This document shows positions 8,003-18,453 of a DNA stretch of 25,902 nt, one piece after another. Under the pieces are notes generated by a model. It made no database searches. It was not told the DNA's origin and saw only the letters and a list, made by a program, of their open reading frames with translations. The position numbers and the translations under genes are program-made. Source of the DNA: Clostridia bacterium (GTDB lineage Bacteria > Bacillota > Clostridia > TANB77 > CAG-465); NCBI GenBank assembly GCA_045536565.1, contig JAZSNU010000021.1:1-25902 (forward strand), given 5' to 3'. How positions within the stretch are numbered: position 1 is the first letter of the stretch; every line of letters begins with the position of its first letter.

Positions 8003-9703
8003 TTATTGTTTAGTTTTTGTAAAATTTCTTTTTTTATACATAACTGGTAATAAAGATGAGTCATTTTCTCTTTTTGTATCTGGATAAAATAGAGAGAAGT
8101 AATCGGAAAGTTCAATAGGAGTGCATAAATATCCAGACATGTTATATGTAATTAAAAAGACATTTATTTTCTTGTTGTTATATACTATTAAATATTCTTT
8201 ATTGTTTGAACTAAATATATACATATTATCTAGTGCAGTTTGTTTAAATTCAGGAAATGATTCTTTTAAGCTTGATACAAATTTTTCTATTTTATCTACA
8301 TACATATTAGAATAATCACTATTTAATAAATATCTTAAATTATCAGATGCTATAACTTTGCAGTTATCATTTAATTTTTTGATAGGTTTGTTTAAATCTG
8401 ATATTTCTATAATATGTGAAAATCTATCATTTACGGTTAAAAAGACATGCGCTACTGATAAATCAGGATCAATATCTTTAATGTTTGCGTAAAAGGATAT
8501 TTTTTTAGAAACATCAGTATATTTATCAGAAAATAATATATGATTAATTAAAGAATAACGAATTTTTTGTATTATGTTTATAGCAGTAAGTTCATTATCA
8601 GGCATTAATTTATATATTATAGTATTGAATATAGCATCGTTTACTTTTTTGTTAGGTAATATAAGCATTGTGCTAAATTGTTTTAACTTACTAGCATATT
8701 TATACGCTGATAAATATGAAATTGAAGTTATAATTTTATCTGATAATATATTTTGGACAGAATTAATGCCTTTTAATATTGTTTCTTCTAAATTTTCCAT
8801 AGTTTCAGACATGCTAATTTCTAATTCGTTATCAAGTTCATCTACATTATTTAGTTTTATAAGAACACTTTCAATTTTGCTATTTATTTTTTCTCTTTCA
8901 GATTTTAAATCATCAAGAGTAGGTTCTAATATTTTTTTCTTCATTTCAATATAATTTAAATTTAATAGTTTAGAAAGATAATTTAGTTTACAATGATTAG
9001 AATATGTTCTACTAATTTTATCAAATGTTTTTAAAAATTTATTGCTATCTTCAAATCCGGCTTTTTCAAATATTCTATCTAATGATTTTACAGCATTATG
9101 AGAAAATAGAGCAGAATATATTAACTCTTCATCTATATCAAGGGCAAAACACATTTCTGATAGTATTTTACCTTCTAGTGAATAAATATCATTCTTTGCT
9201 GTGATTTCATATCCTAAGAAATTATGAGCATATGTCTTATGTATTGGTGTTATTCCAATATTAGTAGGAAGTGTACCTAAAAGTTTACACACAATGTTTG
9301 AAAATACAGCCCTATTAATTGCAAAATTAGTATGATTTAATTTATAACTTGTTCTAGCAAGTTTAGTACTTCCAAAGCCAACTACATATGAGTTTTTATC
9401 TATTTCATGTGTACAAATAGCATATAATAGTCTTAAATAAGTTGCTGGAATATCAGTACTGTCTTTAATATATAATGTTTTTTTGTTGGCATCATAGTAG
9501 CCAGTTTTGTAATCTAGTTTATCGTCATTTCCAATAATTACATAATCTACATTTTCGATTAGTTTTTCTGTTAATCTGTTTTTTGTATTGTTTCCAATAT
9601 ATCCAAATTCTACCAATTTATTAAAAAGAGATTCAACTATTTGCATAAATGAATCATCTAGTTTAAATCTTTCTTGAAATTCTATTAAATTTGAATTTGT
9701 CAT
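8003..9703 (-). CDS. Hypothetical protein (566 aa)
   Basis: Long ORF with GGAGG RBS; no confidently recognised family; central coiled-coil-like segment. Confidence 0.85.
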   Translation of the reverse strand: MTNSNLIEFQERFKLDDSFMQIVESLFNKLVEFGYIGNNTKNRLTEKLIENVDYVIIGNDDKLDYKTGYYDANKKTLYIKDSTDIPATYLRLLYAICTHEIDKNSYVVGFGSTKLARTSYKLNHTNFAINRAVFSNIVCKLLGTLPTNIGITPIHKTYAHNFLGYEITAKNDIYSLEGKILSEMCFALDIDEELIYSALFSHNAVKSLDRIFEKAGFEDSNKFLKTFDKISRTYSNHCKLNYLSKLLNLNYIEMKKKILEPTLDDLKSEREKINSKIESVLIKLNNVDELDNELEISMSETMENLEETILKGINSVQNILSDKIITSISYLSAYKYASKLKQFSTMLILPNKKVNDAIFNTIIYKLMPDNELTAINIIQKIRYSLINHILFSDKYTDVSKKISFYANIKDIDPDLSVAHVFLTVNDRFSHIIEISDLNKPIKKLNDNCKVIASDNLRYLLNSDYSNMYVDKIEKFVSSLKESFPEFKQTALDNMYIFSSNNKEYLIVYNNKKINVFLITYNMSGYLCTPIELSDYFSLFYPDTKRENDSSLLPVMYKKRNFTKTKQ

Positions 9704-9791
9704 TTTTATCCTCCGTATTCATATATCATCCATAAAAATTGTATAATATATTTAAAAAAAAAACAAGGGAAATAATAAATATTAATAAAAA

Positions 9792-9830
9792 ATAAGTTAT
9801 TAAATAGAATTAATCTAAATAATAACTTAT
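9792..9830 (-). terminator. Probable terminator after glmU
   Basis: ATAAGTTATT (9792-9801) / AATAACTTAT (9821-9830), followed by a T-run on the minus strand. Confidence 0.6.
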
Positions 9831-9846
9831 ATATTTTTTATCATAT

Positions 9847-10809
9847 CTATTTCTTATCAATAATATTTGAAAATGCAGTTATATGAGAACCGTCAGCAAT
9901 ATTAGAATTTTCAATGTTTGAACATTCTATGATACAGTTTTTACCAATGGTTGTTTTTCCTTTAATCTGAGTATTAGGGAAGATTATAGTATCTTTTCCA
10001 ATTACAACATCTTGACCGATATATGTGTTACTTGGGTCTACAATTGTAACACCATTTTGCATGTGATAAGTATTTATTCTGCTAAACATTGTTTTTGTTG
10101 CATCTGCAAGTTCTTCCCTTGAATTTACATTTTTACTTTCTAAATTATCTTTTAAAGTATAAGCACCAACTATTTTGTTATCGAGAAGTATGCTATATAA
10201 AGTATCGGTTATATAATATTCACCTTGTGCGTTGTTGTTAGTAAGTTTGCTAAGTGCAGAAAGAAGGTCAGCACCTTTATATAAATATACACCAAGATTT
10301 ACTTCTTTGATTTGCTTTTCACTCTCACTAGCATCTTTTTGTTCAATTATCTTTTTAAATAAATTTTCACCGTATCTAATAATTCTTCCATATCCAAAAG
10401 GATTATCAAGTATTGCTGTTAATGCACATGCTGCATAATTACCACTTTCAAAATACTCTATAAAATCATTTATAGAAGTAGGAGAGATAAGTGGCATATC
10501 ACCATTAATAACTAAAATGTTATCATCAGGTGAAATAAAATGAGTTGCTTGCATTACTGCATGACCTGTTCCTAATAATTCATGTTGGTATGCATATGAT
10601 ATGTTTTTATATCCCTTAAAATATTCTTGAATCATCTCTTTTTTATGACCTACAACCATACATATTTTGTTTATTCCTGATTTCATTAAAGCGTCTACAA
10701 CATATTCAGCAATACATTTATCAAATATTTTATGAAGTGCTTTTGGTATTTCAGAGTTCATTCTTTTACCAAGACCACCACATAATACTATCGCTTTATA
10801 TTTATTCAT
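9847..10809 (-). CDS. glmU: GlmU-like UDP-GlcNAc pyrophosphorylase, C-terminally truncated
   Basis: LCGGLGKRMNS, LGTGHAV, NGDMPL, GYGRI, NAQGEYYITD, GVTIVDP motifs; only the first hexapeptide coils remain; ATG 10809 chosen from the AAGGAG RBS. Confidence 0.88.
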   Translation of the reverse strand: MNKYKAIVLCGGLGKRMNSEIPKALHKIFDKCIAEYVVDALMKSGINKICMVVGHKKEMIQEYFKGYKNISYAYQHELLGTGHAVMQATHFISPDDNILVINGDMPLISPTSINDFIEYFESGNYAACALTAILDNPFGYGRIIRYGENLFKKIIEQKDASESEKQIKEVNLGVYLYKGADLLSALSKLTNNNAQGEYYITDTLYSILLDNKIVGAYTLKDNLESKNVNSREELADATKTMFSRINTYHMQNGVTIVDPSNTYIGQDVVIGKDTIIFPNTQIKGKTTIGKNCIIECSNIENSNIADGSHITAFSNIIDKK

Positions 10810-10879
10810 AATAATCAACTCCTTGTTTTAATTTTATTATAGTTTAACATAGAGTAGGTATAAAGTAAATATATCAAAT

Positions 10880-10910
10880 AAAAGACATTGTATAAATGTT
10901 ATACAATGTC
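10880..10910 (-). terminator. Terminator after rmuC
   Basis: GACATTGTATAA (10884-10895) / TTATACAATGTC (10899-10910), then TTTT on the minus strand. Confidence 0.8.
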
Positions 10911-10917
10911 ATATATA

Positions 10918-12132
10918 TTATATGCTTTCAGTATCATCGCTAATACCTAATATTTCAGATTCGGCAATGTCATAGAATTCATTTTCATCAGATACTGGAA
11001 GTGCTTCCACATTTTTTAATTTCCTTTCAATAGTTCTAGTTTTTTTAGATGCTAAATCCATAGTAGAGGAGATCTCTTGTAATTTTTTATTTGTTTTATC
11101 AAGTAGTGTTCCAAATTTTGAGAATTCAGACTTTACAACTCCTAAAAGTTCCCAAACTTCACTAGAACGCTTTTCTATTGCAAGTGTTCTAAATCCCATT
11201 TGTAAACTGTTAAGAAGAGCAATGAATGTAGTAGGGCCAGTAACTACAACTCTATATTTTTGTGATAAGATTTCGCATAGTGCAGAGTTTTTAACGACTT
11301 CGCAATATAAACTTTCGGTAGGTAAGAACATTATAGCAAAATCAGTAGTAAATGGTGGGTCAATATATTTTTCATATATACTTTTTGCACATCCTTTAAT
11401 AGAATTTTCTAATGCTTTTCTAGATTCGTTTATCAATGCAATATCACCTTGTTCTTCTGCATCAACTAATCTTGAATAATCTTCGATAGGGAATTTAGAA
11501 TCTACTGGTAGTAGCACAAATTCATTTTTATTTGTTTTACCAGGAAATTTTATTGCAAATTCAACAAAATCATTAGTACTAGCTTTTATTTTCACATTTG
11601 TAAGATATTGTTCTTTTGTTAAAAATTGTTCTAGTATGTTGGAAAGTTGAATTTCTCCCCAGTAACCACGAGATTTTACATTTGTTAGTACTTTTTTTAA
11701 ATCGCCAACTCCTTGTGCTAAGTTTTGCATTTCACCAAGCCCTTTATATACAGATTCAAGTCTATCATTTACTATTTTAAATGATTCACCTAATCTTTTT
11801 TCTAAAGTACCTTGCAGTTTTTCATCAACTGTCATTCTCATTTTTTCTAATTTTTCGTTATTGTCTTTTTGTAATAGAGTAAGTTTATCCTCAACAGCCT
11901 TACGAATATTTTCTAACTTGTTTTCATTTACATTAGTTAAATTAGTTAGTTGATTTTGTTGAATAGTAACACTTTCTGTAATTTTAGTTCCTACATTTTT
12001 ATATATTTCATCTCTGTTTTCTTTTAATAAATCAGATATTTTCTTCATGTCGTTTGAAGAACGTTTTGAAATTATTGACACCATAAGTGCAATAACTAGC
12101 AACAATATAATTAATAAATAAATTAAATCCAT
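10918..12132 (-). CDS. rmuC: DNA recombination protein RmuC
   Basis: N-terminal TM and coiled coil, RGYWGEIQL, PVDSKFP, TDFAIMFLPTESLY, GPTT motifs. Confidence 0.95.
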   Translation of the reverse strand: MDLIYLLIILLLVIALMVSIISKRSSNDMKKISDLLKENRDEIYKNVGTKITESVTIQQNQLTNLTNVNENKLENIRKAVEDKLTLLQKDNNEKLEKMRMTVDEKLQGTLEKRLGESFKIVNDRLESVYKGLGEMQNLAQGVGDLKKVLTNVKSRGYWGEIQLSNILEQFLTKEQYLTNVKIKASTNDFVEFAIKFPGKTNKNEFVLLPVDSKFPIEDYSRLVDAEEQGDIALINESRKALENSIKGCAKSIYEKYIDPPFTTDFAIMFLPTESLYCEVVKNSALCEILSQKYRVVVTGPTTFIALLNSLQMGFRTLAIEKRSSEVWELLGVVKSEFSKFGTLLDKTNKKLQEISSTMDLASKKTRTIERKLKNVEALPVSDENEFYDIAESEILGISDDTESI

Positions 12133-12283
12133 AATACACCTCTTTCATAGATAATATAAATTATACAGAACAAGTGTTTGAAAGTCAATAAAAAATTAGA
12201 AAAAATAGTTAAATGAATAAATATAATTTGTAACAAAAAGAGTAAAATAAAAATATATTATTATATAAAGGAGGATTATATAA

Positions 12284-12931
12284 ATGCCAAAAATTTTAAT
12301 ATATAACAATGATACAAATAAGATTGAAACATACAATAGAGGATTAAGCGAAAATATGCCATATGCAACACCAGGAACATTAACGGTTGGTGAATTCAGG
12401 GGGAGTTCTAACTCTGATTTGATGTGGACAACAAAATATTTTATGGAGGATTGGAATCAGTTAAGAAGATTATGGGGAAGACCAATATATGTAGGATATG
12501 CGTTTAAAAGAATATGGCAGGGTGGTCATTCCGGTATGTCACAGCATTATGCAGGTCTTGCTATGGATATAGCACAGAATTTAAGTAGTGTAGAGAGAGA
12601 TAGATTAAGAAATGTAGCAATTGATAGTAGGCTTTTCTCCTATGTAGAACCTAAGGTTCTTACACCAACATGGATACATATTGATAGTAGAATGGGTACA
12701 CCCGCTTGTTCTACCGGTGGTTATCCATTAATTAAAAGTGGAAATAGAGGGGTATATGTAATGGTGTTACAAGATGCTTTAAATTACTTAGGATATAACG
12801 CAGGTACAATAGATGGTATATTTGGAACCAAGACAAGAAATGCAGTAATACGTTTTCAAAGAGCAAATAAATTGTCACAAGATGGTATTGTAGGATGTAA
12901 GACTTGGAGAAGTATAACAGGAAAATTTTAA
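12284..12931 (+). CDS. Peptidase M15-type Zn peptidase with C-terminal peptidoglycan-binding domain
   Basis: SQHYAGLAMD (H-x6-D) and WIHID (HxD) zinc motifs; DGIFGTKT...FQ...DGIVG..TW PG_binding_1 pattern; no signal peptide visible. Confidence 0.85.
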   Translation: MPKILIYNNDTNKIETYNRGLSENMPYATPGTLTVGEFRGSSNSDLMWTTKYFMEDWNQLRRLWGRPIYVGYAFKRIWQGGHSGMSQHYAGLAMDIAQNLSSVERDRLRNVAIDSRLFSYVEPKVLTPTWIHIDSRMGTPACSTGGYPLIKSGNRGVYVMVLQDALNYLGYNAGTIDGIFGTKTRNAVIRFQRANKLSQDGIVGCKTWRSITGKF

Positions 12932-12947
12932 GGTGAAAAACATGATT

Positions 12948-12987
12948 AAAAGAGAAACTTAGTTTTATTTCCAAGTTTCTCTTTTTT
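12948..12987. terminator. Bidirectional terminator
   Basis: AAAAGAGAAACTT (12948-12960) / AAGTTTCTCTTTT (12973-12985). Confidence 0.85.
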
Positions 12988-12989
12988 AG

Positions 12990-14471
12990 CTATAATATAA
13001 TACAAATTAATCCACCAGAGCCTTCATTTATTATTCTCTCTAATGTTTCTTGTATTTTCATTTGAGCTTCATCTGGCATTCTGTATAGTTTGTTGTGAAG
13101 ACCTTCGTTTACAAGTTCATGAAGTGATTTACCAAATATGTTTGATTGCCATATTTGTTTTGGGTCATTTTCAAATTCAGATAATAGATATTTAACTAAA
13201 TCTTCTGATTGTTTTTCTGATCCAACAATTGGTGATACTTCAGTTTCAATATCTGCTTTTATCATATGAATTGATGGGGCAGAAGCCTTTAATTTAACTC
13301 CATATTTTGATCCTTGTTTTACAATTTCAGGCTCTTCAAGTTTTAGCTCTTCGATTTGTGGAGTAACAATACCATATCCTTTTACATTTACTTCTTCTAA
13401 TGCCATTGCTATTTTATCATATTTTGATTTAATACAAGAGTAATCATCAATAACTCTAAATATATCCTTTTCAGACGATATATCAATATTTGATTTTTCA
13501 CTTAATACCTTAAAGAAATGAGTGTTATCAATATTCATTATTATTTTAACATTTCCATCTTCCATGTTAGCACTATCGATTGTTATAGAGTCAAAAAGGG
13601 GAGAAGATTCTTTTAATTTTGATATAATATCGTTTATTTCTCTAATAGAAGTATCTTTGTAGAAATTTTCCTTAACTATATTTACAACCTCTTGTTTTAA
13701 TGGATAGTTAGTATCTAGCATATCAAACCAAGAAGGTAGTTTAAACCCTATTTCAGATACAGGGAATTCTTCTAATACTCTACTAAAAATATTTGCAATA
13801 TCTGATTCTTTTAGATTTAATATGTCAGATGATATTACTGGTGCGTTATATTTTTCCTCCAATGAGTCTCTAAGTAATCGTGTTTCTTTACTATCAGGTG
13901 TTTTAGAATTTAGTAATACAACAAAAGGTTTATTAATAGCTTTTAATTCTCTTACAACTCTTTCTTCAGCAGCAACATAATTATCTCTATCTATATCAGT
14001 TATACTTCCATCTGTTGTAACAACTAAGCCTATTGTAGAGTGGTCTGTAATTACTTTTCTTGTTCCCATTTCAGCCGCCTCTATAAATGGGATTTCTTCA
14101 TCATGCCATGGTGTTTTAACCATTCTAGGCAGATCGTCTTCCATGTGACCAATAGCATCATCCACTAAATATCCTACACAATCAACTAACCTTGTTTTCA
14201 TTTTTACATTGTTATCTAGTGTTATTAGTGCAGATTCATTTGGAACAAATTTAGGCTCAGTAGTCATTATAGTCTTACCTGCTGCACTTTGAGGAAGTTC
14301 ATCTTTGGCTCTATCCTGTTTATATGGACTATCTATGTTAGGAATTACAAACATTTCCATAAAATTTTTAATAAAAGTACTTTTACCAGTTCTTACAGGC
14401 CCAACTACACCTATATATATATCACCACTTGTTCTACTAGATATATCTTTATAAATATCTACATTACTCAT
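12990..14471 (-). CDS. spoIVA: Stage IV sporulation protein A
   Basis: IYIGVVGPVRTGKSTFIK, DELPQS, MTTEPKF, C-terminal NEGSGGLICIIL; 493 aa. Confidence 0.98.
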   Translation of the reverse strand: MSNVDIYKDISSRTSGDIYIGVVGPVRTGKSTFIKNFMEMFVIPNIDSPYKQDRAKDELPQSAAGKTIMTTEPKFVPNESALITLDNNVKMKTRLVDCVGYLVDDAIGHMEDDLPRMVKTPWHDEEIPFIEAAEMGTRKVITDHSTIGLVVTTDGSITDIDRDNYVAAEERVVRELKAINKPFVVLLNSKTPDSKETRLLRDSLEEKYNAPVISSDILNLKESDIANIFSRVLEEFPVSEIGFKLPSWFDMLDTNYPLKQEVVNIVKENFYKDTSIREINDIISKLKESSPLFDSITIDSANMEDGNVKIIMNIDNTHFFKVLSEKSNIDISSEKDIFRVIDDYSCIKSKYDKIAMALEEVNVKGYGIVTPQIEELKLEEPEIVKQGSKYGVKLKASAPSIHMIKADIETEVSPIVGSEKQSEDLVKYLLSEFENDPKQIWQSNIFGKSLHELVNEGLHNKLYRMPDEAQMKIQETLERIINEGSGGLICIIL

Positions 14472-14600
14472 AAATTACCTCCCGTAACTTTTCTTTATTA
14501 CATGTATATCTAATATTTCAAAAAATATTACAAGTATATACCTAAAAAATGGAATAAGTAGTTTAAATAGTGTATAATTAATGAAAAGATAGGAGTAAAT

Positions 14601-15527
14601 ATGAAATTAGAATACATTGTTAAAGAGAAAGATAACAACATGTTTGTAAAAGACATTATAAAGAGAAGACTAAAAGTATCTTCTAGACTGTACAAAGATG
14701 TCATAAAAGATATAAAGGTAAATAATGTTTTTTCTTTTGCTACAAATAGGGTTAAAGTTGGGGATGCCGTTACAGTAAATTTGGATAATGCATATGATTA
14801 TGAAAATATGTATAATAAATTTAATGTGTGGGAACATGATTTAGATATAATATATGAAGATGAATATGTATTGTGTGTAAATAAAGAGGCAGGAATACCA
14901 TGTCATCCAAGCGCAATGCATCAAGAAGAGACAGTATATAACGCAGTTATAAATTATTACATTAAACAAAATATAAAAGTACCTATACATTTTGTAAATA
15001 GGCTAGATAAAGACACAACAGGGGTAGTAATTATTGCAAAACATAAATATATCCAAGAAATGCTAGTATCACAAATGAAAGAAGGAATTTTTAATAAAAA
15101 GTATATAGCAGTTGTTTATGGTAAAATAGAAGAAAAAGAAGGCATTATAGAAAAAAATATTAAAAGAAAAGATGGAAGTATTATTTTAAGAGAAATCTCA
15201 GATAAAGAGGGAGAATATGCTAAAACAGGGTATAAAGTATTAGAATACAATAAAGAAAAAAATTATACAGTATTAGAAGTTAAGTTATATACAGGAAGAA
15301 CACATCAGATAAGAGTTCATTTTTCAAGCATATGTCATCCACTTTTAGGAGATGAATTATATATAAAAGAAAGCAATACTAAAATTGATAATCCATACCA
15401 ACATATAAATAGACAAGCATTACATGCTTATGAAATAAAATTTAATGATATTAATGGTAATGAAATTTGTGTAAAAGCAAAGTTGCCAGAAGATATAGCG
15501 AATTTGTTAAAAAATACTAAGTTGTAG
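14601..15527 (+). CDS. RluA/RluD-family pseudouridine synthase
   Basis: NRLDKDTTG catalytic Asp, TGRTHQIRVH, GDELY, RQALHA; degenerate S4-like N-terminus. Confidence 0.94.
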   Translation: MKLEYIVKEKDNNMFVKDIIKRRLKVSSRLYKDVIKDIKVNNVFSFATNRVKVGDAVTVNLDNAYDYENMYNKFNVWEHDLDIIYEDEYVLCVNKEAGIPCHPSAMHQEETVYNAVINYYIKQNIKVPIHFVNRLDKDTTGVVIIAKHKYIQEMLVSQMKEGIFNKKYIAVVYGKIEEKEGIIEKNIKRKDGSIILREISDKEGEYAKTGYKVLEYNKEKNYTVLEVKLYTGRTHQIRVHFSSICHPLLGDELYIKESNTKIDNPYQHINRQALHAYEIKFNDINGNEICVKAKLPEDIANLLKNTKL

Positions 15528-15544
15528 TTTGCAACTTAGTATTT
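15512..15544. terminator. Bidirectional terminator
   Basis: AAATACTAAGTTG ... CAACTTAGTATTT inverted repeat between convergent genes. Confidence 0.8.
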
Positions 15545-15564
15545 ATATATTCTTATTAGTAATT

Positions 15565-16659
15565 TTAAACATTGAATTTAAATAATATGATGTCACCATC
15601 TTTTACAATATATTCTTTTCCTTCCATTCTAATAGCACCGTTTTCTTTTGCATTTAACATAGTGCCATATTTCATTAATTCATCATAACCAATTACTTCT
15701 GCTTTTATAAAGCCTCTTTCAAAATCGCTATGTATTTTTCCTGCTGCACCAGGAGCTTTTGTTCCATTTACAATAGTCCAAGCTCTAACTTCTTGTTTTC
15801 CAGCAGTAAGATATGATATAAGGTTAAGTATTTCATAACTTCTTTTAGCAAGTTCGTCAAGTCCAGAATGCTCTAATCCATAATCTTGCATAAGAGAGAT
15901 TCTATCTTCATCATCTAATTCTGATAATTCCTCTTCAAGTTTAGCACATAGTGGAATGCAAACTGTATTTTCTTTATTAGCAAGATCTCTAACAATATTT
16001 ACATTTTTATCACTTGCTATATCTATTAACTGATTCTCATTTACATTAGAAACATATAACATTTTCTTCATAGTAAGTAGGAAAGAATCATTTAATATCT
16101 CTTTATCTTCATCAGATAAATCAATGCTTCTAGCAGGAATACCACTTTCTAAATTTTCTTTTACTTTCTTTAATAAATCTAATTCATATATTGCTTTTTT
16201 ATCACCAGATTTAGTTTGTTTAGCAACTCTATCAATTCTTTTTGTAATAGTCTCAATATCTGCAAATATCAATTCAAGATTAATAGTTTCAATGTCTCCT
16301 AATGGGTCAATTGAACCATTTACATGAACTATATTTTCATCTTCAAAACATCTTACAACATGAACAATAGCATCAACTTCACGGATATGAGATAAAAATT
16401 TATTTCCAAGACCTTCGCCACGAGAGGCTCCTTTAACAAGTCCTGCTATATCAACAAACTCAATAGTAGCGTAAGTTGTTTTTAATGTTTCATACATTTT
16501 ACTCAATACATCAATTCTATCATCTGGAACAAGTACTGTACCTATATTCGGCTCAATAGTACAAAATGGATAGTTTGCACTTTCTGCACCCGCTTTTGTT
16601 ATTGCGTTAAATAAAGTACTTTTTCCTACATTTGGTAATCCAACAATTCCAAGTTTCAT
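15565..16659 (-). CDS. ychF: Redox-regulated ATPase YchF
   Basis: GIVGLPNVGKSTLFN, NYPFCTIEPN, DIAGLVKGAS, IHSDFERGFI, terminal FKFNV; ATG 16659 fits the AGGGAG RBS. Confidence 0.98.
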   Translation of the reverse strand: MKLGIVGLPNVGKSTLFNAITKAGAESANYPFCTIEPNIGTVLVPDDRIDVLSKMYETLKTTYATIEFVDIAGLVKGASRGEGLGNKFLSHIREVDAIVHVVRCFEDENIVHVNGSIDPLGDIETINLELIFADIETITKRIDRVAKQTKSGDKKAIYELDLLKKVKENLESGIPARSIDLSDEDKEILNDSFLLTMKKMLYVSNVNENQLIDIASDKNVNIVRDLANKENTVCIPLCAKLEEELSELDDEDRISLMQDYGLEHSGLDELAKRSYEILNLISYLTAGKQEVRAWTIVNGTKAPGAAGKIHSDFERGFIKAEVIGYDELMKYGTMLNAKENGAIRMEGKEYIVKDGDIILFKFNV

Positions 16660-16719
16660 TAAAATCACTCCCTAAACAGTAAATATTATATATAAAAAAG
16701 TAAAAAAAGTAAAGTGTAA

Positions 16720-16748
16720 TTGACTTTTGGTATTTGATAATATATTAT
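16720..16748 (+). promoter_or_regulatory. Probable sigmaA promoter
   Basis: TTGACT (16720-16725), 17 bp spacer, TATTAT (16743-16748). Confidence 0.65.
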
Positions 16749-16778
16749 TTTATATATAGTAATAGAGGAGAGATTGAT

Positions 16779-18452
16779 ATGTTAAACAAATTATATTCTA
16801 AAAAAATAAAAGTGAAAATAGAAGGTAAAAGAGAAGTTGCAGTTGCATATAAAACAAGAGTTGAAGATGTAATAAAGACATTAGAAAAACCAGAAAAACT
16901 TGATAAGATAATGGCAGTTAGATTAAATAATGAAGTAAGAAACTTAGATCATGAAATAGTAGAAGATACACATATTGAATATGTAGAATATGGATGTAAT
17001 GAAGGATATAGAATATATTGCAAAACAGCTAAATTCATATTATATATGGCAATGTCTAGGTTATATCCTGATTTTAAAGTAGAATATAGTAATAACATAA
17101 ATACCGATGTATACTTTGTATGTAAAAACCAAGGTTTTACACAAGAAATGGCAATTAAAATAAAAGAAGAAATGATGAATATCATAAATAGAAATAGTGA
17201 CATTATTCGTAAAGTAGTTCCAGTAGAAGAAGCAAAAGTGTTATATGAGGCTATGAATAATAAAGAAAGATTAGAAATATTAAAATTAGAATTAAGAAAT
17301 AATGTTACAATGTTCTTCTGTGAAGATATATGTAACACAATGGGTGGAGTACTTGCACCAACAACAGGCTTTATAGCTAACTTTGATATAAAACCATTTA
17401 GAAGAGGTTTTGTTTTAGTATTACCATTTAAAAATGATATAACTAGATTACCTGAAAACATAACATACAATAAGTTATATGATATGTTTGAAAAATATGA
17501 TGATTACAATGACAAAATAGAGGTAGATAATGTAAGTAAATTAAATGATATGGTAATAAGCAAAAACATTGGTTCGGTAATCAGAGCAAGTGAAACATTA
17601 CATGAAAAACAAATAATAGATTTGGTTGATATGATATCTAAAAGAAAAGAAACTAAAATGCTACTTATAGCAGGACCATCATCATCTGGTAAAACAACAT
17701 TTGCTCAAAAATTGGGGGATAACCTAAGACTTATTGGATATAACCCAATAGTAATATCTATGGATAACTATTATAAAGAAAGAGTTCAAAACTATAACAA
17801 AGAAACAGGGGAATATGATTATGAATCAGTAACATCATTAGATATAGAATTATTTAATGCTCAAATGAGAGATTTAGCAAATGGTGAAACAGTTGAACTT
17901 CCTAGATACGATTTTGGAAAAGGTCAAAAGGTATACGAAGGAAATAAACTACAACTTAAAGATAACGATATTCTTATCATTGAAGGCATACATGCATTAA
18001 ATGATGAAATGACAAAACAAGTAGAATCTAAATTTAAATTTAAAATATATATGGCACCAATAACAACTCTTAATATTGATTCATATACAAAAGTATCATC
18101 AACAGATACAAGAATGTTAAGAAGAATAGTTAGAGATTACGCAACAAGAAAGGTTAGTGTAGAAGAAACACTAGAAATGTGGGATAAGATAAGAAAAGGT
18201 GAAGAAGATAATATTTATCCATTTATAGATTCAGCCGACTTCATATTTAACAGTAGTTTAGTATATGAAAGTGGAGTTATGAAAACATTTGCAGAGCCAC
18301 TACTTTTACAAGTACAAAAAACAAGCAAATATTTTTCAGAAGCAAGAAGATTGTACGAGTTTTTAAATAATTTCTTACCAGTAGAAACAAAAGAAATACC
18401 TGTAAACTCACTTCTTAGAGAATTTATAGGAGATGGAAGTTTCAGTAGATAA
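16779..18452 (+). CDS. Nucleoside (uridine) kinase family protein with N-terminal TGS/ThrRS-like domain
   Basis: AGPSSSGKTT P-loop, SMDNYY, IIEGIHALN, RMLRRIVRD, SLLREFIG; start at ATG 16779 (AGAGGAG RBS). Confidence 0.88.
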   Translation: MLNKLYSKKIKVKIEGKREVAVAYKTRVEDVIKTLEKPEKLDKIMAVRLNNEVRNLDHEIVEDTHIEYVEYGCNEGYRIYCKTAKFILYMAMSRLYPDFKVEYSNNINTDVYFVCKNQGFTQEMAIKIKEEMMNIINRNSDIIRKVVPVEEAKVLYEAMNNKERLEILKLELRNNVTMFFCEDICNTMGGVLAPTTGFIANFDIKPFRRGFVLVLPFKNDITRLPENITYNKLYDMFEKYDDYNDKIEVDNVSKLNDMVISKNIGSVIRASETLHEKQIIDLVDMISKRKETKMLLIAGPSSSGKTTFAQKLGDNLRLIGYNPIVISMDNYYKERVQNYNKETGEYDYESVTSLDIELFNAQMRDLANGETVELPRYDFGKGQKVYEGNKLQLKDNDILIIEGIHALNDEMTKQVESKFKFKIYMAPITTLNIDSYTKVSSTDTRMLRRIVRDYATRKVSVEETLEMWDKIRKGEEDNIYPFIDSADFIFNSSLVYESGVMKTFAEPLLLQVQKTSKYFSEARRLYEFLNNFLPVETKEIPVNSLLREFIGDGSFSR

Positions 18453-18453
18453 T

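Noticed and set aside
14472-14560. SigmaE promoter for spoIVA
   Set aside because: Expected from known regulation, but no convincing match could be distinguished from the AT-rich background.
16734-16778. TTG start and N-terminal extension of the kinase ORF
   Set aside because: It overlaps the predicted promoter, and ATG 16779 has a proper AGAGGAG RBS.
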